Source: an uncultured Pseudomonadota bacterium (GTDB taxonomy: Bacteria; Pseudomonadota; Alphaproteobacteria; RF32; CAG-239). Taken from it: DNA of 64,000 nucleotides. Below are positions 39,169 to 49,719 of the stretch, piece by piece. Location of the stretch: contig CACWQS010000001.1 of assembly GCA_902763155.1 (NCBI GenBank), positions 30,878-94,877 of the forward strand. The letters are read 5' to 3'. The translations under genes and the position numbers were made by a program. Within the stretch, counting starts at the first letter, position 1, and each line of letters begins with the position of its first letter. The notes under the pieces were generated by a model. It saw nothing but the letters and a program-made list of their open reading frames with translations. It was not told where the DNA came from and ran no database searches.

Positions 39169-40167
39169 TTAACTCAAGCCTTCATCCTTGTATGGTCTTG
39201 ACAGCAGGGTGTTTATTGCTTCTTCAAGCGAAATTCCCTTAAATAAAAGTCGCTCGACCATTTCGCAAATCGGCATTTCGATATTTAATTCATGAGCGCG
39301 TTTTACAACAGCTACGGCGGTATATATTCCCTCAACCGTTCGAGTGTTTTCCTGCATCGGTTTAGCTGCAGAGCCGCAAACTCCGACTTCGTAGCCAAAG
39401 CTGAAATTGCGTGATTGTGAGCAATTGGCGGTTAAAACCAAGTCGCCTAAGCCGCACATTCCGGTCAATGTCGGCAAATCACCGCCCATGGCATTGGTAA
39501 AGCGTGCCATTTCGTGAAATCCGCGAGTGATGAGGGCGGCACGAGCACCATCTCCCAATGCAGCGCCTTCAATAATGCCGGAAGCAATAGCGATGACGTT
39601 TTTAATGCTACCGCCGATTTGCGGAGCGATAATATCGGTTGCCAAATACGGACGGAAGTATGAAGTTCCTAAAGTTTTAACTAATGTTTTTGCTATATCT
39701 TCCTGTTTGCACGCAATAGTTACCGAAGCGATTTTGCGTTTAGCAACATCTATGGCAAATCCCGGGCCGGAAAGAACGGCAATGGTAGCTTCCGGAATTT
39801 CTTCAGCGGCAATTTCAGAGAGCATTTTGCCGGAAGATTGTTCAATTCCTTTGGCGCATAAAACCAAAATAGTTTCTTTCTTCAAATATGGTTTAATCAT
39901 CTGCATGGTTGCGCGGGTGTATTGCGCTGAAACGGTCAGGAGGATAATATCGGAAAAATCGAACACTTCGGCAACATTACCGGTGGCTTTTATTTGGTCG
40001 GGAAGCGGAATATCCGGCAAAAATAATTTGTTAACGTGGGCATAGTTAATGCTCTCTACCACTTCCGGTTCGCGTGCCCAACACAAAACATTATTGCCGG
40101 CACGGGTTGCGGTTAAGGCTAATCCTGTTCCCCAAATACCGGTACCGATAATTCCAACCTTTGACAT
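39169..40167 (-). CDS. gpsA: NAD(P)H-dependent glycerol-3-phosphate dehydrogenase
   Basis: GTGIWGTGLA Rossmann motif and the conserved GpsA core. It is 332 aa. Confidence 0.9.
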   Translation of the reverse strand: MSKVGIIGTGIWGTGLALTATRAGNNVLCWAREPEVVESINYAHVNKLFLPDIPLPDQIKATGNVAEVFDFSDIILLTVSAQYTRATMQMIKPYLKKETILVLCAKGIEQSSGKMLSEIAAEEIPEATIAVLSGPGFAIDVAKRKIASVTIACKQEDIAKTLVKTLGTSYFRPYLATDIIAPQIGGSIKNVIAIASGIIEGAALGDGARAALITRGFHEMARFTNAMGGDLPTLTGMCGLGDLVLTANCSQSRNFSFGYEVGVCGSAAKPMQENTRTVEGIYTAVAVVKRAHELNIEMPICEMVERLLFKGISLEEAINTLLSRPYKDEGLS

Positions 40168-40260
40168 TTTTCAATTCTCCTTAGTAGCAATACTTTCCAA
40201 AGTGTAGCCATGTTACGGAAAATTTCAAGACCGAATAACAGGTTATAAGCAGGAATATTT

Positions 40261-40298
40261 AAAAACGGACAGGCTGCCCTTGCGGACAGCCTTTTTGG
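40261..40298. terminator. Terminator-like hairpin downstream of fadL
   Basis: aggctg-cccttgcggac-cagcct flanked by an A5 run and a T5 run. Confidence 0.4.
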
Positions 40299-40325
40299 TT
40301 TATAAGAAAGTTATAAGCTCTGCGA

Positions 40326-41603
40326 TTAGAACTTATATTGATATTGGAACGCCAACATATTGCTATGATTGTGATATTTGACGTTCAAATCACCACGTTC
40401 ATCATTACGGGTGCGCCCGTGCATCATGAACAGGTGAGCATAGCCGAGGTCAAACTGATGGTTGCCCACGGCATAGCTGGCTCCGGCCGAAAGCCAGATA
40501 CGATCTGTATCCGGAATACGGTTGGAGCGATAGTAGTTATTAGCTGACGGAGATTGGTCCCAAGCCGTACCGGCACGAAGTGTCCAATTTTCGTTAGCAT
40601 AATATTCCTGACCGAGAGAAATGGTCCAAGAGTCTTTCCATTTATAGTCTACGTCATAGTTACCATTTATACCCATAGCTTGTACAGCCGGCGGAATATC
40701 GTATCCGTTACCAGGGAATGTGTAAAAACGGTGCCATTGAATATATTTTACCGTAGCTTCGGTTGCCCATTTTTCGTTCCATTTATGGAAACCGGATAAT
40801 ATCCAGCTAGCTGGTAATTCCGGATCAGACATGGTATTGATACGATAGAAATCGTCCAAAGTTATACCATATTGTGCGAGCATACCTTGTGCCGCCGGTG
40901 AAAAGTAGAGGTATTGCTTGCCTCTAGGTGATTGTGTGCTTTTGAAACGATAAGATAAGCCGATGCGAGAGTTTTCATCGAATTCATACAATGCACCAAG
41001 TTGGAAAGTATGAGTCCAGCCGTTAACACGGTAGTCATTATAGCCGATAGCAACACCTTGTGCGGCATTTATATTTGACGTAAGTTGACCTTCAATCCAA
41101 CGCAAAATAGCACTGGCACCGAGCGAGAGGCCGTTATCAAAGCGGTAAGCGGTTGAGAAGTTGAAGTCAATCACTTCCAAATAAGACTTGCGTGCGCCGC
41201 TTCCGGTGTGACCGGCTACATGGCTGTCATGTTTATATTTGGTAGATAATCCATAAGGAACATAAATACCGGCGCCGAAAAACCATTTGTTGTTCAAGTT
41301 GTATTGGCTCATCAAGCTTGGCAGCGGTACGAAATAATCCATTTTATCGGTACCATATTTGCTTTTAGCTTTGGAAGCAATTTCGGTAAAAGCCAATCCG
41401 GCTTGGATACCGGAGCGTTTAACCAAAGTCATACCGGCCGGGTTATATGCCATAGCAGAATAGTCATCGCCAACAACACCGATACCGGCAAATGAACGCC
41501 CCAAACCGGTGGTTGACATTTCGTTAAGTTGATAGCCGGCAGCGTGCGCCTGAGTGGAGGCAAGCATAGCGGCTATTGCAGATAAAGTTACTATTTTTTT
41601 CAT
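40326..41603 (-). CDS. fadL: FadL/TodX-family outer-membrane hydrophobic compound transporter
   Basis: A signal peptide, a 425-aa beta-barrel pattern, and a C-terminal ...YQYQYKF aromatic terminus. Confidence 0.65.
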   Translation of the reverse strand: MKKIVTLSAIAAMLASTQAHAAGYQLNEMSTTGLGRSFAGIGVVGDDYSAMAYNPAGMTLVKRSGIQAGLAFTEIASKAKSKYGTDKMDYFVPLPSLMSQYNLNNKWFFGAGIYVPYGLSTKYKHDSHVAGHTGSGARKSYLEVIDFNFSTAYRFDNGLSLGASAILRWIEGQLTSNINAAQGVAIGYNDYRVNGWTHTFQLGALYEFDENSRIGLSYRFKSTQSPRGKQYLYFSPAAQGMLAQYGITLDDFYRINTMSDPELPASWILSGFHKWNEKWATEATVKYIQWHRFYTFPGNGYDIPPAVQAMGINGNYDVDYKWKDSWTISLGQEYYANENWTLRAGTAWDQSPSANNYYRSNRIPDTDRIWLSAGASYAVGNHQFDLGYAHLFMMHGRTRNDERGDLNVKYHNHSNMLAFQYQYKF

Positions 41604-41850
41604 TGTTAGTCCTTTTTTTGATTAGTCCTGTTTTAGAGGCTAACATAATGATATTGGGGCGTCTATACGGTTGGTACGATTTTTGCGGTTTCCTTAAAGA
41701 TACTAATGATAATTTCAGGTGATATGACAGTGTTTTTTAGCGTTTTGCCTGTGGATAACTCTTAAAAACGGCTGATAATTATGGTTTAACGCAAATTTAA
41801 GAAACACTATATAAGATAATATGAGATTTTGATATAAATGAGGTGTGGAT

Positions 41851-42813
41851 ATGGCAACAGTTAATGAAATAGAATTTTCGGATATTTATATTATTCCGGA
41901 TGGAAGTGCTTATATTTGGGGACGCAAAACACCAAGCGGGTTGGTTGCTTGTCATCCGGATGATTTTGATGAGTTTTACCAAGCATTAAAGGATACATTT
42001 GATGGTGAAAATACCAGTTATCTGGTAAAGTTTAAGGGATTGCATTATCGTGTGGAGCGCACGGTAACGTTGGACGGGCAGCAATTTTGCGCTCGTAAGA
42101 TGCCACATTCTGTACCGGATATCAACAAACTTGGTATTGATGAAAAATTGCTTAATTATTTAAAGGGTTTGAGTGGTGCTTCGGGACTTATTTTGTTGGC
42201 CGGAACGACCGGTTCGGGTAAAACTACGACCTTATCGGCTCTTTTGCGCGAGTTTCTGATTCGTGACGGAGGTTATGCTTTTACGTTGGAAGATCCGGTG
42301 GAAATGCCACTTGACGGGACTTATCATACCATAAACGGTGAATTGGGAATTTGTAAACAGATGACACCTCCGGGCGGTTCATGGGAAGTGGGTTTGAAAT
42401 CGATGTTGCGTTCAAAGCCGCGTTATGTCTATCTTGGCGAGATTCGTGATCCGGAAATTGCATCGGAAGCGATGCGTGCGGCCATTTCAGGGCACTTAGT
42501 GCTCTCAACCATTCACGCGGCCACGGTAACCGATGCCATTCAGTCTATTGTGAAATATGCGGCGGCGAGCGGTATTTCGGAAGAAATGGCTTATGACTTG
42601 GTAGGTAACGGTATTTTGGCGGTATTACACCAAAAGTTGGTAGGTGTACCGAAACGCGCGGTATTGGAAGCGGTATTTGCTAATCCTGATGCCAGTAAGG
42701 GCGACCAAGTGCGTGGTATTGTCAAAAGCGGTAAGCTTAATCTTTCGACAACTATTGAGCAACAGCGTATTCGTTTGGCACGCGGTATTCCGCTGTTTGA
42801 CGACAAGGTGTAG
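41851..42813 (+). CDS. PilT/DotB-family secretion ATPase (orphan)
   Basis: Walker A GTTGSGKTTT, a LEDPVE Asp box, and the His box region LGEIRD...GHLVLSTIHA, which align with PilT. The ORF track begins at GTG 41845. ATG 41851 follows a GAGGTG ribosome-binding site. Confidence 0.75.
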   Translation: MATVNEIEFSDIYIIPDGSAYIWGRKTPSGLVACHPDDFDEFYQALKDTFDGENTSYLVKFKGLHYRVERTVTLDGQQFCARKMPHSVPDINKLGIDEKLLNYLKGLSGASGLILLAGTTGSGKTTTLSALLREFLIRDGGYAFTLEDPVEMPLDGTYHTINGELGICKQMTPPGGSWEVGLKSMLRSKPRYVYLGEIRDPEIASEAMRAAISGHLVLSTIHAATVTDAIQSIVKYAAASGISEEMAYDLVGNGILAVLHQKLVGVPKRAVLEAVFANPDASKGDQVRGIVKSGKLNLSTTIEQQRIRLARGIPLFDDKV

Positions 42814-42831
42814 GCGGAAAATATTACCCAT

Positions 42832-42880
42832 AAAAAACGGGACACCCGAATCTCTTGCGAGACCGGGTGTCTTTTTTTTG
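42832..42880. terminator. Strong bidirectional terminator
   Basis: gacacccgaatctc-ttgc-gagaccgggtgtc followed by a T8 run, and preceded by an A6 run. Confidence 0.65.
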
Positions 42881-42892
42881 TTTGTTGTTGGC

Positions 42893-43702
42893 TTACTTCT
42901 TGATTAGTGCCACTATCGCGGTTAAAATCAGGGCGATAAAACCGCCGCCGATTAGCCACAGTAAGGCGTTACGCAAAGCATCGGGAATGTTGACGCCCCA
43001 ACCGCTCAATACACCGGTCAGCATCATTAGGACGAAGCCGGTACATATCACCGTACCGCAGGCACTTGCCCATCTTTCGGTCAGGTTGTTGCTGTAGTTC
43101 ATTGCCTGTGCGGCAAGAACGCATGCAATGCCACCGATAAGCACGATGATTGTGGTGCCCACGATGTAACCAAATACGTTTCCTACTGTTTCAGCTAATG
43201 TCAGGTCGTACCAGCTATCAATGCATGAAATGCCGGCCATGATGGCGATGGATGCACAGATGATTTCGGCACAAACCAAGAAAAACTTGGTTTTACCGTC
43301 TTGCTTTTTCCAATCGTCGACAGCCATTAGTGTCACAGTCATAACTGTGAACAAATAGCATAGGGAAATACCGAACGGTTGTATGTCATTGGGGCAGGCA
43401 GGGAAGTGGCGTGTGATGTATCCGAGATACAAAAACTCCAGACATAGTGGCAAAAATGCTCCTATAGCACCCAAAAGAGCCGTCTTCTGCAAAAACTCTG
43501 CCCAATCTTTACGTTCTCCCCCCATGGTGCCGTGGAACCACGCACCTTCAATCACTATGTACACTATGGCGCAGGCGATAAGTACTAAACACCAAAAAGT
43601 GTTTACGTTGCTTACGAAACAACCAGCCAGCATCAGAGCTACCGGAAGTGCAAACTCAATCAGTCCGAGCGCAACAAGCGCAATTTTCTTAATTGTTTTC
43701 AT
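42893..43702 (-). CDS. Hypothetical polytopic membrane protein (about 7 TM helices)
   Basis: A 269-aa ORF dominated by hydrophobic helices. No family was recognised. Confidence 0.45.
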   Translation of the reverse strand: MKTIKKIALVALGLIEFALPVALMLAGCFVSNVNTFWCLVLIACAIVYIVIEGAWFHGTMGGERKDWAEFLQKTALLGAIGAFLPLCLEFLYLGYITRHFPACPNDIQPFGISLCYLFTVMTVTLMAVDDWKKQDGKTKFFLVCAEIICASIAIMAGISCIDSWYDLTLAETVGNVFGYIVGTTIIVLIGGIACVLAAQAMNYSNNLTERWASACGTVICTGFVLMMLTGVLSGWGVNIPDALRNALLWLIGGGFIALILTAIVALIKK

Positions 43703-44054
43703 AATTTTTTGTAATTAAATTGTTTAAAAAATATTGTTAATTAACTCAAAATCACGTGAAGAAAGTTCATACACTAGTCAGCGCTTCTGCCAACAACGAT
43801 AATATTTATCATAATTTGTATGAACCTAATAATTTTTTGTAAAACTTCCAATAATCCAACAGTTTTGCATTTTCGGCATTGTTGGTTCAATGTTTATTAT
43901 ATAGTAATGAATTTTGTGAATTTTGTCAATAAAAAATGAAAGAATGTGGCAGATTGCAAATTTCTTTAATGATAAACTTTGTTTATAGTTACATTTTTTT
44001 AATAATATACATTCTAAAATGTAGTGGAATAGCAAAAACAAGGAGATAATAATT

Positions 44055-44615
44055 ATGATTTTGTCGGAAAGAATAGAAACAAGAAGGTTGATTTTGGAAC
44101 GGCCGAAACCGACGTTTGAATTAGCGCAAGAAATATACACTTATGTGCAGTTATCTCTTAATAATCTGCAACCTTGGTTGCCGTGGGCGAACTCTATGGA
44201 CAGTGTAGAGGGAGAATTTGCGTATTTGTTAAATTGGTGCAATAAACATTGGGAAGAGAGAACAGGTTTTCCGTTTATAATCAGAGATAAAGATATCAAG
44301 CGCTTTTTGGGTGTGATAGATGTTATAAGAATCGATGAAAAAAACAAAATCGGTGAAATCGGTTATTGGTTACAAAACAATGCAATGGGGCAGGGGTATA
44401 TGCGTGAGGCAGTGTTGGCGGTAGAAAAACAGTGCTTTATGGCCGGTTTGAACAGAATTGAGATTCGCAACGATACTCGAAATGAGGCATCAGCTAATGT
44501 AGCACGCGGAGCAGGTTATCATTTAGATGGCGTGCTGAGACAAGATAAATGGAGTGAATATGATAAAAAGTTTGTCGATTCAAATGTATGGTCAAAATTA
44601 AAAGAGGAAAAATAA
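44055..44615 (+). CDS. GNAT-family N-acetyltransferase (RimJ/RimL-like)
   Basis: An acetyl-CoA binding region IGYWLQNNAMGQGYMREAV. Confidence 0.7.
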   Translation: MILSERIETRRLILERPKPTFELAQEIYTYVQLSLNNLQPWLPWANSMDSVEGEFAYLLNWCNKHWEERTGFPFIIRDKDIKRFLGVIDVIRIDEKNKIGEIGYWLQNNAMGQGYMREAVLAVEKQCFMAGLNRIEIRNDTRNEASANVARGAGYHLDGVLRQDKWSEYDKKFVDSNVWSKLKEEK

Positions 44616-44616
44616 A

Positions 44617-45468
44617 ATGACACGAACTGTGGTTTTAATGACGGCGTTGGTGCTGATTTTTATGTGGCTAGGCAGTATGATTGGCGGAGCGGAAGGAATG
44701 CAAACCGCATTTTTGATTGCTTGCGGTATGAATTTTTTCAGCTATTTTTTCAGCGACAAAATGGTATTAGCGCAATATAAAGCTAAGGAAGTTACCGCTT
44801 CAACAGAACCGGAATTATATGCCATTGTTTCGCGTTTGGCACAAACGGCAAATTTACCGATGCCAAAAGTCTATATTATTCCGGAGCAAGTACCGAATGC
44901 TTTTGCTACGGGGCGTAATCCGCAACATGCAGCGGTGGCGGCAACCCAAGGCTTATTGGAATTGCTTACTCCGCAAGAAATAGAAGGAGTTTTGGCACAC
45001 GAAATGAGCCATGTGCGGCATTATGATATTCTGATTGGTTCGGTTGCTTCGATGTTTGCCGGTGCGATTGCTATGCTTGGCAATGCGGCGCGAATTGCCG
45101 GTGCCGGCACAACCGACAGTCGTGGTAATGGGCGCTCTAATCCGTTGTTTATGTTGGTTGGAGTAATTGTGATGCCGATTGCGGCAACGATTATTCAGAT
45201 GGCAATTTCGCGGACGCGCGAATTTAAGGCTGATGAAGGAGCGGCGCGTCTTACGCTGCATCCGGAATGGCTGATGAGTGCGCTTTCTAAATTGGAAGGT
45301 TATGCCAAAAATTATCAGATGCAGAGGGCAACGGCGCAAACGGCGCACATGTTTATAGTTAATCCGTTTAGCGGTTTTGCGCGTCAGTTCAGCAGTTTAT
45401 TCAGCACTCACCCAAGCACTCAAGCACGTCTGGCTCGTTTGGCTGAAATTCAAAAACAGTTAAGATAG
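44617..45468 (+). CDS. htpX: Zinc metalloprotease HtpX
   Basis: N-terminal TM helices and an HEMSH zinc-binding motif (LAHEMSHVRHYD). It is 283 aa. Confidence 0.85.
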   Translation: MTRTVVLMTALVLIFMWLGSMIGGAEGMQTAFLIACGMNFFSYFFSDKMVLAQYKAKEVTASTEPELYAIVSRLAQTANLPMPKVYIIPEQVPNAFATGRNPQHAAVAATQGLLELLTPQEIEGVLAHEMSHVRHYDILIGSVASMFAGAIAMLGNAARIAGAGTTDSRGNGRSNPLFMLVGVIVMPIAATIIQMAISRTREFKADEGAARLTLHPEWLMSALSKLEGYAKNYQMQRATAQTAHMFIVNPFSGFARQFSSLFSTHPSTQARLARLAEIQKQLR

Positions 45469-45497
45469 GTTAGCTTTATTTTGCGTGATACAAAAGG

Positions 45498-45538
45498 AAC
45501 TCGCTTAGCCCCTGTGGCTAAGCGAGTTTCGCTTTTTT
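45498..45538. terminator. Bidirectional terminator between htpX and lpxA
   Basis: aactcgcttagcc-cctgt-ggctaagcgagtt (13-bp stem) followed by a T-run. Confidence 0.65.
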
Positions 45539-45559
45539 AATATTGTGCTTCGCTTTTTT

Positions 45560-46357
45560 CTAATCTGCTGTGGTAATATTGCGCTTACCGCTGAGAGATT
45601 CTTTGATGAAATCCAGTTGCTCAATAACCATTGCGTTGTCTTTGAACTTTTCATATGCTGCTTCAACGCGTTCATTAAAGTTACCTTCTTTGCCCTTGAA
45701 AATAAACATAAACGCGCGAGTGCAAGCTTTAATCGTTTTTTCATCAATGCCGCTCCGGCTCATACCTATAACATTTAAGCCGCGCAAACGTGCCGGCATA
45801 CCGTTGGCAATACCAAACGGAATAATATCACGCGCCACACCGGAAACACCGCCAACCATAGCTTTGCGACCGATATGAACAAATTGATGCACTGCGCAAT
45901 TTCCGCCCAAAATAACACCATCGCCCAGATGAACGTGCCCACCGATAACCGCATTGTTGGTCATAATCACATTGTTGCCGACAATGCAGTCGTGCGCCAC
46001 GTGTGAGTTAATCATAAACATACAACCATCACCAACCACGGTAGTGAAATGCTCTTTCGGAGTGCCGGCATGCATAGTTACATTTTCGCGAATAATATTG
46101 TTTTTGCCGATAATCAGCTTTGCTTCCGGCTGAAATTCGTTACCATGGTCTTGCGGTCCGCAACCTAAGCGTGCACCCGGAAAAACAATCGTCCCTTCGC
46201 CGATAGTGGTGTTACCGTAAACGGTTACTTGCCCCAAGAGTTTAACATTTTCGCCGATTTTGGCCTGCGAACTAATCCAGCACATAGGGCCGATTTCTGC
46301 GGTTGCGGCGATTTGTGCGCCATCTTCAATAACTGCGGTAGGGTGAATTTTAGCCAT
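45560..46357 (-). CDS. lpxA: Acyl-ACP--UDP-N-acetylglucosamine O-acyltransferase
   Basis: Left-handed beta-helix hexapeptide repeats with the LpxA-specific C-terminal helical domain. It is 265 aa. No lpxD, fabZ or lpxB genes are adjacent. Confidence 0.85.
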   Translation of the reverse strand: MAKIHPTAVIEDGAQIAATAEIGPMCWISSQAKIGENVKLLGQVTVYGNTTIGEGTIVFPGARLGCGPQDHGNEFQPEAKLIIGKNNIIRENVTMHAGTPKEHFTTVVGDGCMFMINSHVAHDCIVGNNVIMTNNAVIGGHVHLGDGVILGGNCAVHQFVHIGRKAMVGGVSGVARDIIPFGIANGMPARLRGLNVIGMSRSGIDEKTIKACTRAFMFIFKGKEGNFNERVEAAYEKFKDNAMVIEQLDFIKESLSGKRNITTAD

Positions 46358-46509
46358 AGTTGTCTTCCTTTTCTCAAAAATATTAAAACTAAAAGTGCTT
46401 TAAGTATAAATTCAGCTATTGAATTTTGCAACACACAAAACATTACAAAATATTTCTTGACACCACACAAAAAAAATGTATGTTGCGATTGAACGAAAGG
46501 ATTGTAGAA

Positions 46510-47352
46510 ATGCTGAAAATTGCTTATCAAGGAGTGCCGGGGGCTTATTCGCATATAGCTTGCAATGAACTTTTTCCGAACCAAGAATATATTGCTTGCG
46601 ACACGTTTGAAATTGCCATGGAAATGGTAAAAAACGGTTTGGTTGATAAGGCGGTAATTCCGGTGGAAAATTCCAACGCCGGACGAGTAACAGATGTGCA
46701 TTTTCTGCTTCCTGAGGCCGGCCTGCATATTATCGGCGAACATTTTTTACGCATCGAACATCAGCTTTTGGCGATTAAAGGAGCCAAGTTGGAAAATATT
46801 GTGAGTGCAGCATCGCATCCGCAGGCTTTAGCGCAATGTTCCGATTTTTTGAAAGCGCATAATATTAAGGCTGTTTCGCGTATTGATACCGCCAAAAGTT
46901 GCGAAAAAATTGTGCTGGAGCAAGATGCCACCAAAGCGGCGATAGCTTCAAAAATGGCGGCAAAAATCTATGATATGGATATTTTGGCTTCAAATATTGA
47001 AAATGCCCGCAATAATACCACGCGCTTTTTAATTATGCAAAAAGAAGCTGAAATGCCGGTTGATGATGGTGGTGATTTTATTACTTCGATTGTTTTTACT
47101 ACCAAGCATATTCCGGCGGCGCTCTACAAGGTTTTGGGAGGTTTTGCCACTAACGGCATAAATATTTCAAAATTGGAAAGTTATTTGTTAAACGGTAAGT
47201 TTTTTTCGGCGCGCTTTTATATAGAAGTGGAGCAGCATCAAGAATCTAAAGCATTGAAATATGCGTTGGAAGAATTGAAGTTCTTTTCGGAAGAATACCA
47301 AATTTTAGGATGCTACAAGGCGCACATGTATAGGAAGAAAAAGCAAATATAA
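46510..47352 (+). CDS. pheA: Prephenate dehydratase with a C-terminal ACT domain
   Basis: Conserved LKIAYQGVPGAYS and ..TRF.. motifs. The start was set at MLKIAY, which follows an AAAGGA ribosome-binding site. The ORF is open to 46426. Confidence 0.8.
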   Translation: MLKIAYQGVPGAYSHIACNELFPNQEYIACDTFEIAMEMVKNGLVDKAVIPVENSNAGRVTDVHFLLPEAGLHIIGEHFLRIEHQLLAIKGAKLENIVSAASHPQALAQCSDFLKAHNIKAVSRIDTAKSCEKIVLEQDATKAAIASKMAAKIYDMDILASNIENARNNTTRFLIMQKEAEMPVDDGGDFITSIVFTTKHIPAALYKVLGGFATNGINISKLESYLLNGKFFSARFYIEVEQHQESKALKYALEELKFFSEEYQILGCYKAHMYRKKKQI

Positions 47353-49353
47353 TTACGTATTTTTCAAAGCCAAGGTTTCCAATTCTTTGAGTTGGTCGCG
47401 ATAGACCATCGCTTGTTCAAATTCCAGATTTTGCGCTGCTTCGCGCATAAGTTTGGTTAATTCCTTGATTTTCTTGTCAATGTTGCGGATTTTTTCCACA
47501 TCATTGGTATCGGTTTTTACAAAATCGGTTTCGGTCATTTCGCGCAAAGTAGCGGAAATACTTTTCTGAATGGTTTGCGGGGTGATACCGTTGGCAATAT
47601 TATATTGCGTTTGTTTTTGGCGCCGGCGGTTGGTTTCATCAAGAGCGATTTTAATCGAATCCGTCAGCTTATCGGCATACAAAATTACCCGTCCTTCGGC
47701 ATTACGCGCGGCACGACCGATGGTCTGAATCAGCGAACGAGTGGAGCGCAAAAATCCTTCTTTATCGGCGTCTAAAATAGCAACCAGTGAACATTCCGGA
47801 ATATCCAAACCCTCGCGCAACAGGTTAATACCGACAAGAACATCAAATTTACCCAAGCGCAAATCACGGATGATTTCAATACGCTCCAAGGTGTCGATAT
47901 CCGAGTGCATATAGCGCACTTTTATTCCGTTTTCGTTCAAATATTCGGTTAAATCTTCCGCCATTTTCTTGGTGAGCGTCGTTACCAAAACGCGCTCGCC
48001 CTTAGTGGCGGTTTTACGACATTCTTCCATTAAATCATCAATCTGATTTTCGACCGGACGCACCAGACAAAGCGGGTCGGTCAAGCCGGTAGGGCGAATA
48101 ACCTGTTCCGCAAACACGCCTTTGCTTTGCTCCAACTCCCAATCTCCCGGAGTGGCCGAAACAAATATGGTTTGCGGACGCATTTTATCCCATTCTTCAA
48201 ACTTGAGAGGGCGATTATCCAAACATGACGGCAGACGAAATCCGTATTCCGATAATGTAGTTTTGCGATTACGGTCGCCACGATACATCGCACCGATTTG
48301 CGGTACTGCAATATGGCTTTCATCAATAAATAACAGAGCGTTTTTCGGAAAATATTCAAACAAAGTCGGCGGCGGTTCGCCGGGTTTGCGACCGGTTAAA
48401 TAACGCGAATAGTTTTCAATCCCTTTACAATGACCTGTTGTATCCATCATTTCCAAATCAAAACGGGTTCGTTGTTCTAAGCGCTGAGCCTCTAACAGCT
48501 TATTGGCCGCGTTAAATTCCTGCAGGCGAACGGCCAAATCTTCTTTGATATGTGTCATTGCCTGCGACAGCGCCGGTCGCGGCGTTACATAGTGATTGGC
48601 CGGATAAACGGTAATTTCTTCCAACTGACGTGTTTTTTTGCCGGTAAGCACGTCAAATTCATAGATTTCTTCTATCTCATCACCAAAAAATGATACCCGC
48701 CACGCACGGTCTTCGTAGTGCGCCGGAAAGATATCGAGCGTATCGCCGTTCACACGAAAAGTGGAGCGCACAAAATTGACCGAACAACGTTCGTACAAAA
48801 GATTTGTGAGTTGGCGATTTATTTCGTGAATATCAACTTCTTCTCCCACTTTAAGCTGAAACACCATTGATGAATATGATTCCATACTGCCCAAGCCGTA
48901 AATACATGAAACCGAGGCAACGATAATCACATCTTTTTCTTCTAAAACATTGCGCGTGGCACCATGGCGCATACGGTCTATTTGTTCATTGATGGCAGAA
49001 TCTTTTTCAATATAGGTATCGGTTTTCGGAATGTAGGCTTCAGGTTGATAATAATCGTAATACGATACGAAATATTCAACGTTATTATGCGGGAAAAATT
49101 CCTTCATTTCGGCATAGAGTTGGGCCGCTAAAATTTTGTTCGGCTCCATAATCAGGGCAGGGCGTTGGCATTGTTCGATAATTTTGGCCATGGTAAAAGT
49201 TTTACCAGAACCGGTAACACCGAGCAAAACCTGATTACGCTCGCCGCGGTTAATACCGTCGCAAAGTTCTTTTATTGCTTGCGGTTGGTCGCCGGAAGGT
49301 TGAAACGGACTCTCAATTTTGAATTTGTTATTCATGTTGCTTAATATATCCAT
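47353..49353 (-). CDS. uvrB: Excinuclease ABC subunit B
   Basis: 666 aa with a Walker A motif GVTGSGKT, helicase motifs, and a C-terminal UVR domain. Confidence 0.95.
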   Translation of the reverse strand: MDILSNMNNKFKIESPFQPSGDQPQAIKELCDGINRGERNQVLLGVTGSGKTFTMAKIIEQCQRPALIMEPNKILAAQLYAEMKEFFPHNNVEYFVSYYDYYQPEAYIPKTDTYIEKDSAINEQIDRMRHGATRNVLEEKDVIIVASVSCIYGLGSMESYSSMVFQLKVGEEVDIHEINRQLTNLLYERCSVNFVRSTFRVNGDTLDIFPAHYEDRAWRVSFFGDEIEEIYEFDVLTGKKTRQLEEITVYPANHYVTPRPALSQAMTHIKEDLAVRLQEFNAANKLLEAQRLEQRTRFDLEMMDTTGHCKGIENYSRYLTGRKPGEPPPTLFEYFPKNALLFIDESHIAVPQIGAMYRGDRNRKTTLSEYGFRLPSCLDNRPLKFEEWDKMRPQTIFVSATPGDWELEQSKGVFAEQVIRPTGLTDPLCLVRPVENQIDDLMEECRKTATKGERVLVTTLTKKMAEDLTEYLNENGIKVRYMHSDIDTLERIEIIRDLRLGKFDVLVGINLLREGLDIPECSLVAILDADKEGFLRSTRSLIQTIGRAARNAEGRVILYADKLTDSIKIALDETNRRRQKQTQYNIANGITPQTIQKSISATLREMTETDFVKTDTNDVEKIRNIDKKIKELTKLMREAAQNLEFEQAMVYRDQLKELETLALKNT

Positions 49354-49706
49354 TCTTGGCGGGAGCGTAAATAGTCGGCAATTTTTTCTTTGTCTTGCAA
49401 AACTTCTTTGCTTAGTGGTTCAGGAGGTGTTTGCCCTTTGTTAATTGCTTTTCTGCGGTCGGATTGATTTAGACGCACTGCATATTGAGCAAATTGTTCG
49501 GTGCTGTAATTTTGTTCCATATAGCGAATAGCAGCCATCATGGAACGTCGTGCATCGACTATTTTTTCCGGTTCAATTCCGGCGTAATTATCATCATCGG
49601 CGGAAGTGTTTGTGTTATTCTGGAATATCGTTATCGGTGTAATGCTTCCCGCTGATGCATTAACAGCTAAAAATAAGCAATAGCAAAATACCAAATATTT
49701 CATCAA
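49341..49706 (-). CDS. Small secreted hypothetical protein (121 aa)
   Basis: A signal peptide [19 protein letters not shown]. No family was recognised. It overlaps the uvrB start by 13 nt. Confidence 0.4.
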   Translation of the reverse strand: MMKYLVFCYCLFLAVNASAGSITPITIFQNNTNTSADDDNYAGIEPEKIVDARRSMMAAIRYMEQNYSTEQFAQYAVRLNQSDRRKAINKGQTPPEPLSKEVLQDKEKIADYLRSRQEWIY

Positions 49707-49719
49707 AATTCTCCTTGTC

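Noticed and set aside
43826-44140. 104-aa minus-strand ORF in the AT-rich intergenic region upstream of the GNAT gene
   Set aside because: It is extremely AT-rich with low-complexity translation and no ribosome-binding site. The region is more likely a promoter region.
45505-45747. 80-aa minus-strand ORF and 77-102-aa plus-strand ORFs overlapping the htpX/lpxA terminator and the lpxA 3' end
   Set aside because: They overlap a strong terminator hairpin and the conserved lpxA frame.
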